Assembly (NCBI RefSeq): GCF_006345805.1
Contig: NC_043001.1
Coordinates: 35,526,001-35,590,000 of the forward strand
Direction: 5' to 3'
Source of the DNA: Octopus sinensis
Taxonomy: Eukaryota
DNA: 64,000 nt
This document shows positions 38,700-51,879 of the stretch, piece after piece. Under the pieces are notes generated by a model, which did not search any database, was not told the origin of the DNA, and saw nothing but the letters and a program-made list of their open reading frames with translations. The position numbers were made by a program, and so were the translations under genes. The stretch's first letter is position 1, and every line of letters starts with the position of its first letter.

Positions 38700-40560
38700 T
38701 AAATTTGCAAATACCTGTCAGAATTACTGACCGAGTGACTGGTAAGTTCTACCGTAAGTGCCAGTTAAATATAAGAATTTCAAGCTTTATGAATCGGGGA
38801 GTGGACGCTCTGCTTAGGAAAAAAATAAAAAAATAAGATTTTATCCAAAGTTTCCGGTATGTAAATCTACTGAACGCGGAGTTAAATAATCTGGCCAAGG
38901 AGATCGGCTTTCGTCATAAGTACTGTAGAATGTACAAATCTTTTCAAAACTCCAGCCAGATGCGGTCGACGACTGCCTCCACTTTCTGCGATACATCATA
39001 GAGAAGGAATATAGTGAACGTGGTTTCGATGACACGTCAATTTGAATCAATCGAGCGCTTTCAAAAGAGTCGACTATCCTTTGTTGATAACTGTTCTTAG
39101 AATAGTCGGTTTTGGCGCCATTTTTCAGCCCCATTTTTAGAGGCTGGACACTTCAGTGTACAATAGCATCTGCTCAGAAGTCAGAATGTTCATGTATCAA
39201 AACTGTTTCAAATCACACGCTTAACCTATGAAGGATCGTCTTTCTCCGGTCTCTTCATTATGTACACACTCTTGATGCAATGCTTCAGAAACAGGAGTTG
39301 ATGGAAATCCCACACTCACTGAGACATCGGACTGGGTAGTTGTGTAGTGGGGGCGATCCAGTCAGAATTGTTAAGAGTAGTAGAGTAGCAACGAAAGGTC
39401 ACGCATCTGTGATATAAGTAGCAAAGCTGGTGAGAACGTTGATCAAATGTTTGTGGCAGGAAGAATCGATATGGTAGAGCTTAATTGTAATCCAAAGGAA
39501 TTTGTTTGTGAGCCTTTATTTAACACGAGAATTCGATTGTGATAGAATTACTTCATAACATCTGGTGAGTATAATAGCGAAGTGCAAGGAAGTGGGTCAC
39601 TCCGTAATTTCAGATCTGATATCTTCAAGTATATTAATGTAGCTGGGTATGAAGGTGTCACACAATGTTCTTAATCATGAAATTGCGTATGGAAATCAGT
39701 TAGTTTGTATAGCTGGTCAAAATAAATCATTTAGATACGTGAATGTTACTGATTCTGTTAAGTATGACACTGCATATCAAGCAATGTTTCAGGAAATTAA
39801 TCTACACGCTGAAATTTACTTGCTTCTCAAATAGATCGAATAAATTTATTGTGATCGTAAACTGAACCGGCTTCATGCGTAATGATATTAGAGTAGGATG
39901 ATTTATATGAAGAAGCGTGAAATGAAATTACAAGTGTTTTAGAAAGTTGATGTTACCCTAGCTGGATTTAAATAATCAGAAGCAAAAGAAAAGCAAAATC
40001 AGCATTTTAAACTTTTCCATTAGTCAATAATATTTTGAAATTAAAAATTTACTTAGCTCAGATCCGCGCAGAAACTCGAGTTTAGTCATGCGCTGAAATC
40101 AGTGCTAAAGGATGATGTTCAACTGTTATCTAATAGCACTTTTACACTGTCTTGGTGTTGATAGTTCTCTACGTTGCTTTGCTGTACGTGATTATGTATA
40201 TATGTGGCATTAGCATCGATCTGTAGAGTTGATTAACATTACTTCAATAAGGTTAATATCGACACAAACGAAAAAGAAAGCACAAGCACTCTGCGATATG
40301 ACTGATTCATAAATTTGATATATTGATAAATTGAGGTTCGATTATGAGGGTAACAAGTTCGCTCCGTAAACATAAATGTTCCAGGATCGATCGTAGTAGC
40401 TTGAGAAAATAAATTTTAACAACGTCTTGATGCGACTCGGGCCTTGTGAATGAAATGCTTTGACAGAAACTCTTTGTACAGCTGCTGACAACATCCCAGC
40501 TTTGATTCAAACACACGGCTTCGTCAGAAATTGTCTTCACGCAAACTTGGTCTAGCAAAT
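38700..40560 (-). mobile_element. Fossil Ty3/Gypsy-like pol (RNase H to integrase)
   Basis: Minus-strand remnants in the expected order: SRT..SKA.RNYSTT-like (frameshifted), TVEHHPL (TDHKPL-like), NFKILLTNGKV*NADF, F*PA..CDT, NRILVLNKGSQ (ISDNGSQ-like), PQTFDQR. Each match is individually weak. Confidence 0.5.
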
Positions 40561-41042
40561 TCTTTCACGCGTTTCTCGAACATTTTGCCGCTCGCAAGGT
40601 ATCAAATAGATACATACAATACATATGTATGTCTATGTATATAGGCGTGCATGTATACTTATATATGTGAGTATATGTATGTATATATATATATATATGC
40701 AAGTATATATGTGTGTGCGTGCGTATGCAAGTATGCGTGTGCGTGTGTTTGTGTATGTTTGTGTGTGTGTGCGTGCGTGTGTGTTTGTATTTGTGCGTGC
40801 ATGTGTGTGTGTGTGTGTGTGTAAGGCCAAAATGATTCTGGCACTTTTGCTGGATGCTGTTGAGACAAATGTTTGTGTCTCATATTTATGGTGTTTTTAG
40901 CATATCAAGTTCATATGAGATGTTATCTCAAGACAAGTATTGCAGAAAATTGGGCACGTGTGCATGTATATACGTACACACATACATACATGCATACATA
41001 CATACATACATACATACATACATACATACATACATACATACA

Positions 41043-41074
<32 letters not shown>

Positions 41075-41216
41075 CGCACAAAGTATGAGGGTTTAGTTCA
41101 CAGGTGATCTAAGCGATTAGGTACTCTAGGTAAGTGCTGTAACGGATTACTAGGACTCCAAGGTTATAGCCGAGACAGCGGTTATGGAGCCAATGCAGGT
41201 TTCCGATGCAGCAGAT

Positions 41217-41390
41217 ATATAATTGTTAAAGGGGACAACAAACATTAAGGCAAAGCAAACATCTCAAGTCGTATACAATATTATTTTTGGAATTTTTTAC
41301 AATAATATATTTTCTTTCCAGTAATAATATTGTATACGACTTCAAATGTTTGCCTTGCTTTAATGTTTGTTGTCCTCTTTAACAATTATA
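41217..41390. repeat. Fold-back element, ~69-bp arms, TA-flanked
   Basis: 41217-41285 is complementary to 41322-41390 with 5 mismatches. Confidence 0.92.
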
Positions 41391-41394
41391 TATA

Positions 41395-41441
<47 letters not shown>

Positions 41442-41446
41442 AATAT

Positions 41447-41650
41447 GAATTAGAGATAAAACCACTATTAGGCAATTCAAACAGTGATAAACATAAACCA
41501 ATACATAAATAACAAATAATATAAATATGGATTGCCTAATAGTGGTTTTATCTATAATTCCTATTTTATATATTTATACTGTGAAATTTGATTTAATACT
41601 AAATCTAATTTTTCCCTGTAAGTTTGGAGCTATACTCCCTAATATTATAT
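41447..41650 (+). mobile_element. PLE-type terminal fragment (family of 2113-2335) with 30-bp inverted 5' copy
   Basis: GAATTAGAGATAAAACCACTATTAGGCAAT vs ATTGCCTAATAGTGGTTTTATCTATAATTC (29/30); the remainder matches 2113-2220. Confidence 0.7.
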
Positions 41651-41949
41651 ATACATATATATATATAACGCTCTTCCTTCGGTTTCCACCAACCAAATCC
41701 ACTCGCATGGCTCTAGTCGGCCGAGGCTAAAGTAGAAGACACTTGTATCATGACAGAACCCGGAACCATGTGGTTGAGAAGCAAGCTTCTTAGCACACAG
41801 CCACGTTTGCACATAAGCATATAAAATACCTCAGGGCATTTTGTCTAATGGTTCATCCAGCATTCTGCCTAGTGCCCAACACACCACCCCAAGTTCTCCA
41901 AGTGATGCGTTTAAAATATAATGGATGTTAAATAGGTGACTAAAGGTTT

Positions 41950-42365
41950 GGGTGGGCAAAATTTTTAAAGAAATATGATGGATGGAATGTTACACAATTA
42001 AATTTAAGTTTTATAAAACTTATTTCTCCTTTTTACTTTTGTAATTCCTCTGACATTTTAGACATTTATCTCTGCGTCGGTTATTCCTTCCTCGTCATCC
42101 AATGATGGAGTAGTGCTACTGTTTTCAGTTATTAGGTAACAAAATTGTCTATTCGCTTTTCCTTTATTCCAGGATCTGTGATTGACGGTGCTCCAGAGGT
42201 TTGCTGAGGTCTGCTGCCTTTGCTTCTACATCAGCGTGCTTACCTACACACACTCTTGTATATCCATGGGATCTTCTGAGTCACTGAAATTTCGATATCC
42301 ATTTTGACTCCAGTCTAACCATATCTCATCTTTCTCAAACTCTGTTGTAATTACCCAGTCATGCT
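41950..42365 (-). mobile_element. Decayed APE-type LINE, ORF1/ORF2 junction region
   Basis: One frame reads ...AEINV*NVRGITKVKRRNKFYKT*I*LCNIPSIIFL*K, matching the APE N-terminal NVRG...KRR...IIFLQE pattern. Confidence 0.45.
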
Positions 42366-42619
42366 GCCATAAAAAAACATAATGACCAGCCACGGATATC
42401 AATCAATATCAATGTTTCATATCGTCCTTATTATATTTTCCAGCTCCATATTGTGGGTTACAAATGTATGGCAGAGCTATATCAAACTATTTTTCTTTTG
42501 CATATTATAGAGTTAAATTATTTTAACGTTTAATATTTTTCTTTTACTTACAGTTACTTTTATTTACATAAATATTGAAAAAAAAACGAAAGAGAAAAAC
42601 AGTAGGGGTTCTGCAGCAG

Positions 42620-43080
42620 AAGATGAAGTGGGTAGTACACCCCAGAACAAATGGCCTGTTCGTTTACACCCTGTGGATGTGACCATGATAACGTTGCAAG
42701 GGAGAAAGTCCAACGACACTAGTTGCAGGAGCCGTCCACCTTGCGAGGCTCATTTCTCAAACGGGCCGTAGTTACCGCGATTTTGCGGAGGATATCGATC
42801 GTGCGTGGTCCAAAAACACTCGAGGTCTCGACGGCGGCAGCCACCGACTGACTGCTACCGGTCAGGTTCCTATACAAACTTATTTTTCTCTAGTCTGCGT
42901 TACTGGTGGTGATGCCCGGGTTTGTGACCGAAACAGCAAATTTGGAGTCAGAGAACGTGTCGTTGCACGTTGCGTTATAGATTAGGGATCTGCCTCCTCT
43001 ATTATTCCGTCAGTGTAACGGGATCCGATTATCCACTGATAGTTGTAATCTATTTGGGGCTAATACACCAAATGATAAAT
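42620..43080 (-). mobile_element. CRE-clade-like non-LTR retrotransposon 3' end (RLE endonuclease)
   Basis: GRSLIYNATCNDTF...AD*RKISLYRNL...AVETSSVFGPRTIDILRKI resembles GRSLVWDATCVDTF...AEERKR.KY..L...AVETSGVFGP. Confidence 0.72.
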
Positions 43081-43690
43081 TTTCCTTTAAGGCTTCGAAT
43101 AAATTCGTGTTTCAGAGAGAGAAGAGACCCATTTGTAAAAACTACATGGGTCAGTACTAAATATAATAATATTCGTTTCTATTATAGCACAACTTTTAAA
43201 CCGTTTTCTTTCAAACGTCTATCGTTTCAGTGATAAGAACTATCGTTAGAACCACAGAATTAAATGCATATGGATTTTAAATGCGCCGAAACTAAGCAGT
43301 TTCTGATCTCCATGTCTTATGAGGGGCGTCCCACTTTTTACCTATGTCGTTAATCGTGTCCATGTTCCACTTCGATTTTCAATATGTTAGTTATATTTGG
43401 CAGCGTGTTACAAGAGAGTCATCTAACTCGCACTTTGCAGTTTTGCACAAAGAACAGAAAAAGAATTGCCGATGAAAAAGAAAACCTATTCGAAACTTCT
43501 AAATAAACAAAAGATGCCTCAGAATGAATGAAACACCGTAGTTTGAAACCGTATTGCAATAACGAAACAAAACGTTAATCTTCTATCGTGGAATATTTTG
43601 ACTAAAATATGCCAATATTTTTGAATTGGCGGTGCCCTGTGAACGCAAATTGAGTGTAAAATTGAATTGCAGAACTTACAATGTAAATAT

Positions 43691-43902
43691 TATTTCTTTA
43701 GTACCCACAAGGGGCTAAACACAGAGAGGACAAACAAGGACAGACAAACGGAGTAAGTCGATTATATCGACCCCAGTGCGTAACTGGTACTTAATTTATC
43801 GATCTCGAAAGGTTGAAAGGCAAAGTCGACTTCGGCGGAATTTGAACTCAGAACGAAACGGCAGACGAAATACCGCTAACGTTTCAGCCAGCTCGCCGCC
43901 TT
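43691..43902 (-). mobile_element. SINE group A with 16-bp TSD
   Basis: TSD CTTACAATGTAAATAT at 43675-43690 and 43903-43918. Confidence 0.93.
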
Positions 43903-44780
43903 CTTACAATGTAAATATATTAATGTTTGGTATGAGAAATAATTGCAGAGCAGTACTCTGTGGACTTCGAATTAAATGGTTAATTGCTTTACTGTTCTAT
44001 AGAATATACTACGGATTTTAGTTAAGACAAATTGGAATAGCCTTTTTATATACAATGTATTCGTCGGCAGAAAACAGGGTGTCATCTGAAATAGTTTCAC
44101 ACCCGTATTAGGATTTCATGAGTGATGTAATACAATTATTATGTAGCCATAGAGTCCCCGCTCAAAGACACCACTATTGTTAAAATTATGCCCTCTTTGT
44201 GTTTAGGTGGAAACTTGAATTAATCTGCATTGAAGTGTTTTGTTTCAATGCAGTTCTTTACTACACAATGTATCTATCGATTTTCGTATATAACGTACAT
44301 AATAGACAGTTGTAAATATATTGTCACTGAAACAAAGCTCTGTTCATACCATGAAGTTTCTTAATTGTACTAGTTGCCAACAATGGGTTATATATGCAAA
44401 TCAGTAAACTTGATTTACATAAATCCTTAGTAATGGCGAGTTTAAGCAATATTTAATAGTGTTCACATTCCAAGTAGTATACAACGCATAAAACTTCTTC
44501 TCCAAAGGTCGGTGACATTCTATTCTCGAAATAATTTTCTTTAAATAGTTGATAACTTAGAAAGAAATCTTCCTTTAAATTTGTAATTGTATCAAGTATT
44601 TTTTAACGAAACAGCAGTTAATTTTGAGTTCAAATCCACTGAGCTGAATAATATATTTTACCTTTCCAAGCCGATAAACTAAGGTACCATTTTTCTACAT
44701 TGTTTATATATACCCACAAAATGTTCTATGAATTTACCACTTTAAAATCAACACTTGTGGGAATCAACACTTATTTTGAA

Positions 44781-45133
44781 CAGTTGTTCTAAACCGGGCT
44801 CTATTTCGCCCGAGGAATCCATATGGGATTGTGGGCGGTGGAGGGGACATGCGAGCAAAATAGAAAATTAGGGATCTGCATTAGTATTTTCAGGGTCGAG
44901 GAAAAGTTTTCATTTAGATGTATTTATAGTAATAAACAACTAAATTTATTTCTCAAACATTTTACTTAGTTCAACCTACACAAGTGAATGTGTAAAAAAA
45001 CAAAATAGAAATTTTGAAAGACGTGTCTATATAAATATATAAATAGTTATGAACATCGAATGGTTAAAGGGACCCACCAGAATAAAATAGTAATCAAAGG
45101 GGTTCATACGTAAAACCTGGTTGAGAACCACTT
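44781..45133. mobile_element. hAT (Charlie-like) MITE
   Basis: Ends CAGTTGTTCTAAACC and GGTTGAGAACCACTT resemble the CAGTGGTTCTCAACC TIR (12/15 complementary); no TSD preserved. Confidence 0.6.
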
Positions 45134-45209
45134 CTTTATTAGAAAAGCCGCAGCTATAGATTAACTATGTTGAGGGTTTAGTGACATCAGTTTTTGATAT
45201 ATAACAAGA

Positions 45210-45606
45210 CTAGCAGTATCGCCCGGCGTTGCTCGGGTTTGTAAGGGAAATAACTATATAAGCATTTTTAGAGAGTTATAGCCAAAACATAGCAAAAAAA
45301 TGCATTAAAAATGGAGAAAAAAATATGGTAATTTTTTTTTAAATCGTTGACTCATCGTAGACATTTTAGAGAGTTACTTCCCTTATATAATAACGAAAAA
45401 GTGCATTAAAATGGAAAAAAAATGATGGTAAAATTTTTTTTAAATCGTAGTCTCATCGTAGACGCGCGCTAATACCCAGAAGGGCTCGATATGAATCACG
45501 ACTATAAGATACCCGGTTTTGGTTTAACTGCACCGCAAAATGTGGGAGTAGTTAGGAATCTAAATCGTAGGAGACAGACACACAACTTCTCTTTTATATA
45601 TAAAGA
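45210..45606 (-). mobile_element. Non-autonomous Helitron
   Basis: Minus strand starts 5'-TC, ends CCCGAGCAACGCCGGG (hairpin)...CTAG-3', and sits between A and T; ~100-bp internal direct duplication. Confidence 0.8.
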
Positions 45607-46064
45607 TATGACACGAAATGTCTTTCCACTCACAAAGTTTGATTAAATACGTATTATTGATGAAGTAGATCTATCATCTACTTCAGTCAACACTCGCTAG
45701 CATTCCATATTTTATTGAAATAATTAATCTAATACAACTTTGCTAACAATGTAATTATTGGCATTTTAAGACAAGCACGTTGTGATTATTGAGAGATTTT
45801 GTTTTTAATTATCGAAGATCAAGATTACTTCCTTGACTTGAATAAATATTAGACAGTTACTACGGTTATTCAAATAGCTTTCTTGTAGTTGTGTGGCTGT
45901 GATTATGTTAGAAAATAATATCAATTTTCATCAGCCGCAGACTAAATGTCCGACAAAAATGTATATTGCTTTCTTCTGAGTTCTACGTTAAAAATCTTGC
46001 CGAAGTTTCTTTTTCTTCTTATTCTTCTACAGTTATATCTGGTCCCATTAATGGGTCATCTTTG

Positions 46065-46120
<56 letters not shown>

Positions 46121-46219
46121 TTATTATTATTATTATTATTATTATATTATTATTATTATTATTTTATTATTATTATTTTATTATTATTATTATTATTATA
46201 TTATTATTATTATCATTAT

Positions 46220-46250
<31 letters not shown>
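46065..46250. repeat. (TTA)n microsatellite
   Basis: Direct reading. Confidence 0.95.
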
Positions 46251-46251
<1 letters not shown>

Positions 46252-47163
46252 TTTTTGCTCTGCCTGTTGGTTACATACAGATTAAAGTTTGGTGCTGAGC
46301 TCAGCATAAGGAATGGATTAAGGTCTCACAACGTCCGATTCTAGACGTCAACACCTCATGTACACCATGTACACCCCAAGGCATTTCCATAATTTATAAT
46401 CTGTCTTCTGCAGTCAATCACCTCGTTAAAATAATTGACTACAGGACTATTTTCTATGCGATTAAATTGGGTTTTTTTTCCTCTTTGTTTTACTAGACAT
46501 TGTGTAGCAACACACAGATTAAAATATGCATTCATTCGTAAACTATATTTAAAATTTCTTCTACCTACAAACACACACACTTACATATGTATATACATAT
46601 ATATAATTATCCATATACATATGTATACATATATACGTGTATAAGTTTGTGCGTGTACGTATATATATATGTTTGTGTGTGTTCATAAATTCATAATGAT
46701 ATATGTGCATGTGTATATAATATATATGAAATATATGTTTTTGAACACATAATTCTTCTTAGAAAACAACAGATAACATTTTGTTTTGCTTTTAGTTTGC
46801 ACGGCTGGGACAATATGTCCAATTAATCATACAAATGCCCACTTACAAATGAATGGATGTGGGCAGGCGTGCTGTAGCTAACCAACTGTAACGAAGGTAG
46901 CAAAGCACCAAAGAGCCGTCCAGGAAAAATTTCCCCCTTGGAAAAATTTGGTTTGACATTTTGCTAAATGGACGGCAAATTTTAAAATTTGTCTTCGACA
47001 TAAATCATTTTTTACTTACTATTTGCTAATGAGTGCCCAAACGAAGAATCATAGAAAAAAAATCACGTTCTCAGAGGAAGTGATTTGGACATATAATATT
47101 GATTATTTCAGTTATTTGATTTTCATATTTATCTAGTTTAGTTTTTAGAAGTAAAATGAAAAA

Positions 47164-47200
<37 letters not shown>

Positions 47201-47794
47201 AATAAACAAAGCATCATGATGAAAGTGTAAACACAAACACATCATGTCAATAGTTTTACGGGTGGGAATATGAAAATGGATCAATTGTTCCCCTGCTATA
47301 TTAAACTCCGATCGATCAACAGTCTCACGCCATGTGTAAAAAACTTATTGGGGAGTGCGTGTGTTGGTGTGTTTTAGTATTGGCGTTATCAAAGCTAAAG
47401 AAAAAAAACACAAACAGAATATCATAATTCATTTCAAATTAGGGAATAATACATCATATTTACAAAATAATATTGTATTCACTTTCTATTTTTGATAAGA
47501 AACAAAAGATTTTTTTTTGTATTAATATTGAGACCAGTTTGATACTATAGTTCGTGAATTTCATTTTTGTCTGTTTGGCGCCATCGATTTAAAATAAAAT
47601 ATAGACATTTTTTTTCTTTTTAGTTAACTAATAAGTTCTAATTATTGAAACTCTATTTGGAATTTGTAAAACGAGCTTCGATGGCATAGATTTCAAAGTA
47701 TTTGAAATGAAGACCGAAGACAAGAATTTCTAATGAGAGTTTTAAAATATTCCAAAACATTTGGTTCCATCAAGTCCAGCCACTTTCCAATGGC

Positions 47795-48016
47795 AAACTT
47801 ACTCTTTACTCTCTTTTACTCTTTTACTTCTTTCAGTCCTTTCACTTCGGCCATGCTGGAGCACCGCCTTTAGTCGAGAGCAAATCGACCCCGGGACTTA
47901 TTCTTTGTAAGCCCAGTACTTATTCTATCGGTCTCTTTTGCCGATCCGCTAAGTGACGGCGACGTAAACGCACCAGCATCGGTTGTCAAGCAACACAGAC
48001 ACACAAACACGCACAC

Positions 48017-48056
<40 letters not shown>

Positions 48057-48430
48057 TCCGTCTACCAAATCCACTCACAAGGCTTTGGTGGGCCCGAGGC
48101 TATAGTAGAAGACACTTGCCCAAGATGCCACGCAGTGGGACTGAACCCGGAACCATGTGGTTGGTAAGCAAGCTACTTTATTTCATTAGAATTAGCACGA
48201 GGGCAGTACATAGATGAGTAGCTGCGGGCTGGACAAAAACATTAATGAGATGAGGATGATAATGATGAACAAAAATAGGAGGGGCACTGGCACTCGCCGA
48301 CCAATACCCCCTCGAATACAAAGTTTCTTTACAAAAAATCTTTACAACAAAAAGTTTTACAACAAAAATTTTTACAACAAAAAATTTTACACCAAAAATT
48401 TTACAAGCTACTTACCACACAGCCACTCCT
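47795..48430 (-). mobile_element. SINE group B interrupted by a 225-bp insertion
   Basis: SINE 47795-48178 resumes at 48404-48430; CAAGCTACTT is duplicated at 48169-48178 and 48404-48413. Confidence 0.88.
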
Positions 48431-49269
48431 TAACTCATTAGTTTTAATAATATTTGACAAACATTATCTCATCAGATTCTATGTTGATATATCATTAAAT
48501 TCTCTCGATCTGTCTGCTACAATATTTTCTATGTTCTAATACCACCAATCTATAGAAAAAGCAAATCAAGATCCTGTTATGTTTACGCCTTTCTCGCTGC
48601 TTTTTAGAGATGTAATCAAACTGGGTTTCTTTCTATGACCTTTAATGAAACTGAATAGTCAGCTCTGTTCACTAGGTGTGTAATTCATTATGTCTAAAAT
48701 ATATCTATTTTAAATGTTCTTGTGTCTCATGCTTTTCGAGTGCATTTTACAATTTGGCGAAGTATTTTATATGATAGCAAAATATTTCTCATGAAATCCT
48801 GCTTCGTAGTTGTTAAACTCTGCAGCCTAATCATTCCAGATTGGTTAAAACTAGTACAAAATATTTTGTCCTTTAACCCACTATCACTACGTATCACTTT
48901 GAAATTTAATTCTTAGTTATGCACTAAAATGGTTGATACCTTCTATAGTTCTTCATACATACAAATTATTCAGCAGGTGAAAATATTGGTTCTGATTGTT
49001 AGTACTCTGTCTAAGATACCATAAGATCATAAAATATGCAGCTGTTGTCTGCAAAGTTTTGTTCTAATCAATTTAATATTATAAATTTAAAAAATAACTG
49101 CGGATATGAGAAAGTGTTCGCAATCTGTATTGATTTTTGTATAAACAGAGAATCAATAAGGTGCTGTATAACCAGTCGAAAGTATGAACTTTCATACTAT
49201 ATTGTGTTTCGAGAATGTATTTATCCAACAACCGGGAAGGTTCAAGTAACTTTAAAAATATTATGAACT

Positions 49270-49435
49270 AGGCGCAGGATTGGCTGTGTGGTAAGTAGCT
49301 TGTTTACCAAACACATGGTTCCGGGTTCAGTCCCACTGCGTGGCACCTTAGGCAAGCGTCTTCTACTATAGCCTCGGGCCCACCAAAGCCTTGTGAGTGG
49401 ATTTCGTAGACGGAAACTGAAAGAAGCCCGTCGTA

Positions 49436-49508
<73 letters not shown>

Positions 49509-49725
49509 TGTGTGTGTTTGTGTGTCTGTGTTTGACTCCCTAGCATTGCTGACAACCGATGCTGGTGTGTTTATGTCCCCGTTACTTAGCGATTCAACAA
49601 AAGAGACCGATAGAAAAAGTACTGGGCTTACAAAGAATAAGTCCCGGGGTCGAGTTGCTCGACTAAAGGCGGTGCTCCAGCATGGCCGCAATCAAATGAC
49701 TGAAACAAGTAAAAGAGTAAGAGTA
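49270..49725 (+). mobile_element. SINE group B, full length
   Basis: Consensus head, TA/TG tract and tail. Confidence 0.92.
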
Positions 49726-50351
49726 CTTACCGCTGTTAGCTTTGAAAGCACTCTCAAATTAATTAGTGTTTCACTAACTAATTTTACTTAGTTCAATTCC
49801 TTATGTGGGCGATGCTTCGTGAACTATGGCTTTTTGACAGATACGCTGTATGAAGCCGCCTTAAATTCAGACCCTCCTAGACTTCTGTATTTGCACTGAG
49901 CTATTAAAGAACAAGAGACGATTTAATTCAAAGAAAATAAAAGACAAAATAAATCTAATGGGACACAAATGTAACTGTTCGGACCACCACATGGCTTCGG
50001 TTGCAATCTCTCTACAGAGCAATTTAGTGGGTGTTCATACCATATCTCCGGGCTGGTCAGTACCTTCTGTACAATTTTTGATAAACATTAACTATAATGT
50101 AACTATAATGCAACTATAATGCAACATAGAAGTTCGACAAAATGATTGATGGAATAATTACCAAACTTTTCAAAAACAATAATTAGTCGGCTTGACTCGA
50201 AACGCTAAAGCTATGAAGGCAGTGACCCAGCGTAGTCACGGTCTACTGAAGGGGCGAAGTACGAGTAAAAGTCTTAATACCTTTCCGTTTCCGTTATATA
50301 TAGTAGTTTTCAACTATAAGTAAAAGATAGACAAAACATATTAAGAGATAC

Positions 50352-50600
50352 TCTTTACTCTCTTTTACTTGTTTCAGTCATTTGACTGTAGCCATGCTGG
50401 AGCACCGCCTTTTATTCGAGCAAATCGAACCCAGGACTTATTCTTTGTAAGCCCAGTACTTATTCTATCGGTCTCTTTCGCCGAACCGCTAAGTTACGGG
50501 GACGTAAACACACCAGCATCGGTTGTCAAGCGATGCTGGTGAGACAAACACAGACACACAAACACACACACATACATACATACATACATACATACATACA

Positions 50601-50633
<33 letters not shown>

Positions 50634-50927
50634 GAACTAGGCGCAGGAGTGGCTGTGTGGTAAGTAGCTTGTTTACCAACCACATGGTTCCGGGTTCAGT
50701 CCCGCTGCGTGGCACCTTGGGCAAGTGTCTTCTACTATAGCCTCGGGCCGACCAAAGCCTTCTTTCGGGCTTCTTTCAGTTTCCGTATACCAAATCTACT
50801 CAAAAGGCTTTGGTCGGCCCGAGGCTATAGTAGAAGACACTTGCGCAAGGTGCCACGCAGTGGGACTGAACCCGGAACTATGTGATTCGTAAGCAAGCTA
50901 CTTACCACACAGCCACTCCTACGCCTA
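50352..50927 (-). mobile_element. SINE group B containing an extra inverted head (50631-50761)
   Basis: Minus tail 50352-50560, (TACA)n, plus-strand head, then the minus-strand head 50767-50927. Confidence 0.88.
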
Positions 50928-51021
50928 TTATTTATTATTATTTATTTATTCATGAATACGAGATTTCGCTTGGAAAAGTTTACTAAACAGTGTTATAACA
51001 ATTTACTATCATGACCCTTTA

Positions 51022-51390
51022 GGGCCGCGAGCTGGCAGAATCCTTGGTACGGTGGAGAAAATGCTTAGCGGTATTTCGTTCGTCTCTACGTTCTGAGTTA
51101 AAAATTCCGTGGAAATCCTTTGTACCTTTCATCCTTTCAGAGTCGATAAAATAATTACCAGTCCAACACTGGGTTCGAAAATTTTGGCTTCGTGCCAAAT
51201 TTGAAACCATTTTTATGACAATTATAAGGGTGGTGAGTACACACCGAACAAAATACTTAGCGGTATAAGGCCTGTTTTTACGTTCTGAGTTCTAATTCGG
51301 CCAATGTCAACAATGTCATTAAAATCAGTACCAGTTGAACGCTAGGATCAAAATTTCTCATGTGCCTATAGTAGAAAGCATTATTATGGC
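51022..51390 (+). mobile_element. Two old SINE group A-related copies
   Basis: GGCCGCGAGCTGGCAGAATC...TTTACGTTCTGAGTT patterns at ~51022 and ~51228. Confidence 0.65.
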
Positions 51391-51879
51391 TGTTACAGAA
51401 CTAATTTTGTTCCTTTCTTACCTTTAGTATAGATCTTGTCTGAGATTCTGCTCGTTGTATTTGGTAATTTGATTGTTTTACTTTCTCTTTCCTCACCCTC
51501 ACACCTCTCTCTAAACGGGATGGTGAAGTGTTATCATATATGAGTTAGAGAATATTGAAAGAGTCTGACGATGTTGATGGAATTATGAAGAATTAATAAC
51601 ATATAGACAAATTAATATAAGTAGAAAATATTCAGTACTAACTAAGGAAAATCAATGTGGATTTAATTAAAAATCATGAAGGTTGTATAAATTCCAGTGT
51701 TGTTTAATATCGAGATGAATTTGTAAAGATTGTTCGAACGGTCATACGAAAGGCACGTAGAATATTTATATACGAAGGCGATTAGTAATTAAAATGTTAA
51801 ACTTCTTATAATATGAATATGCGCAAAATTACTCTGGTGGTGATTTCTGCTTCTGTCTTCCCTTGTAATTTTATATTAA

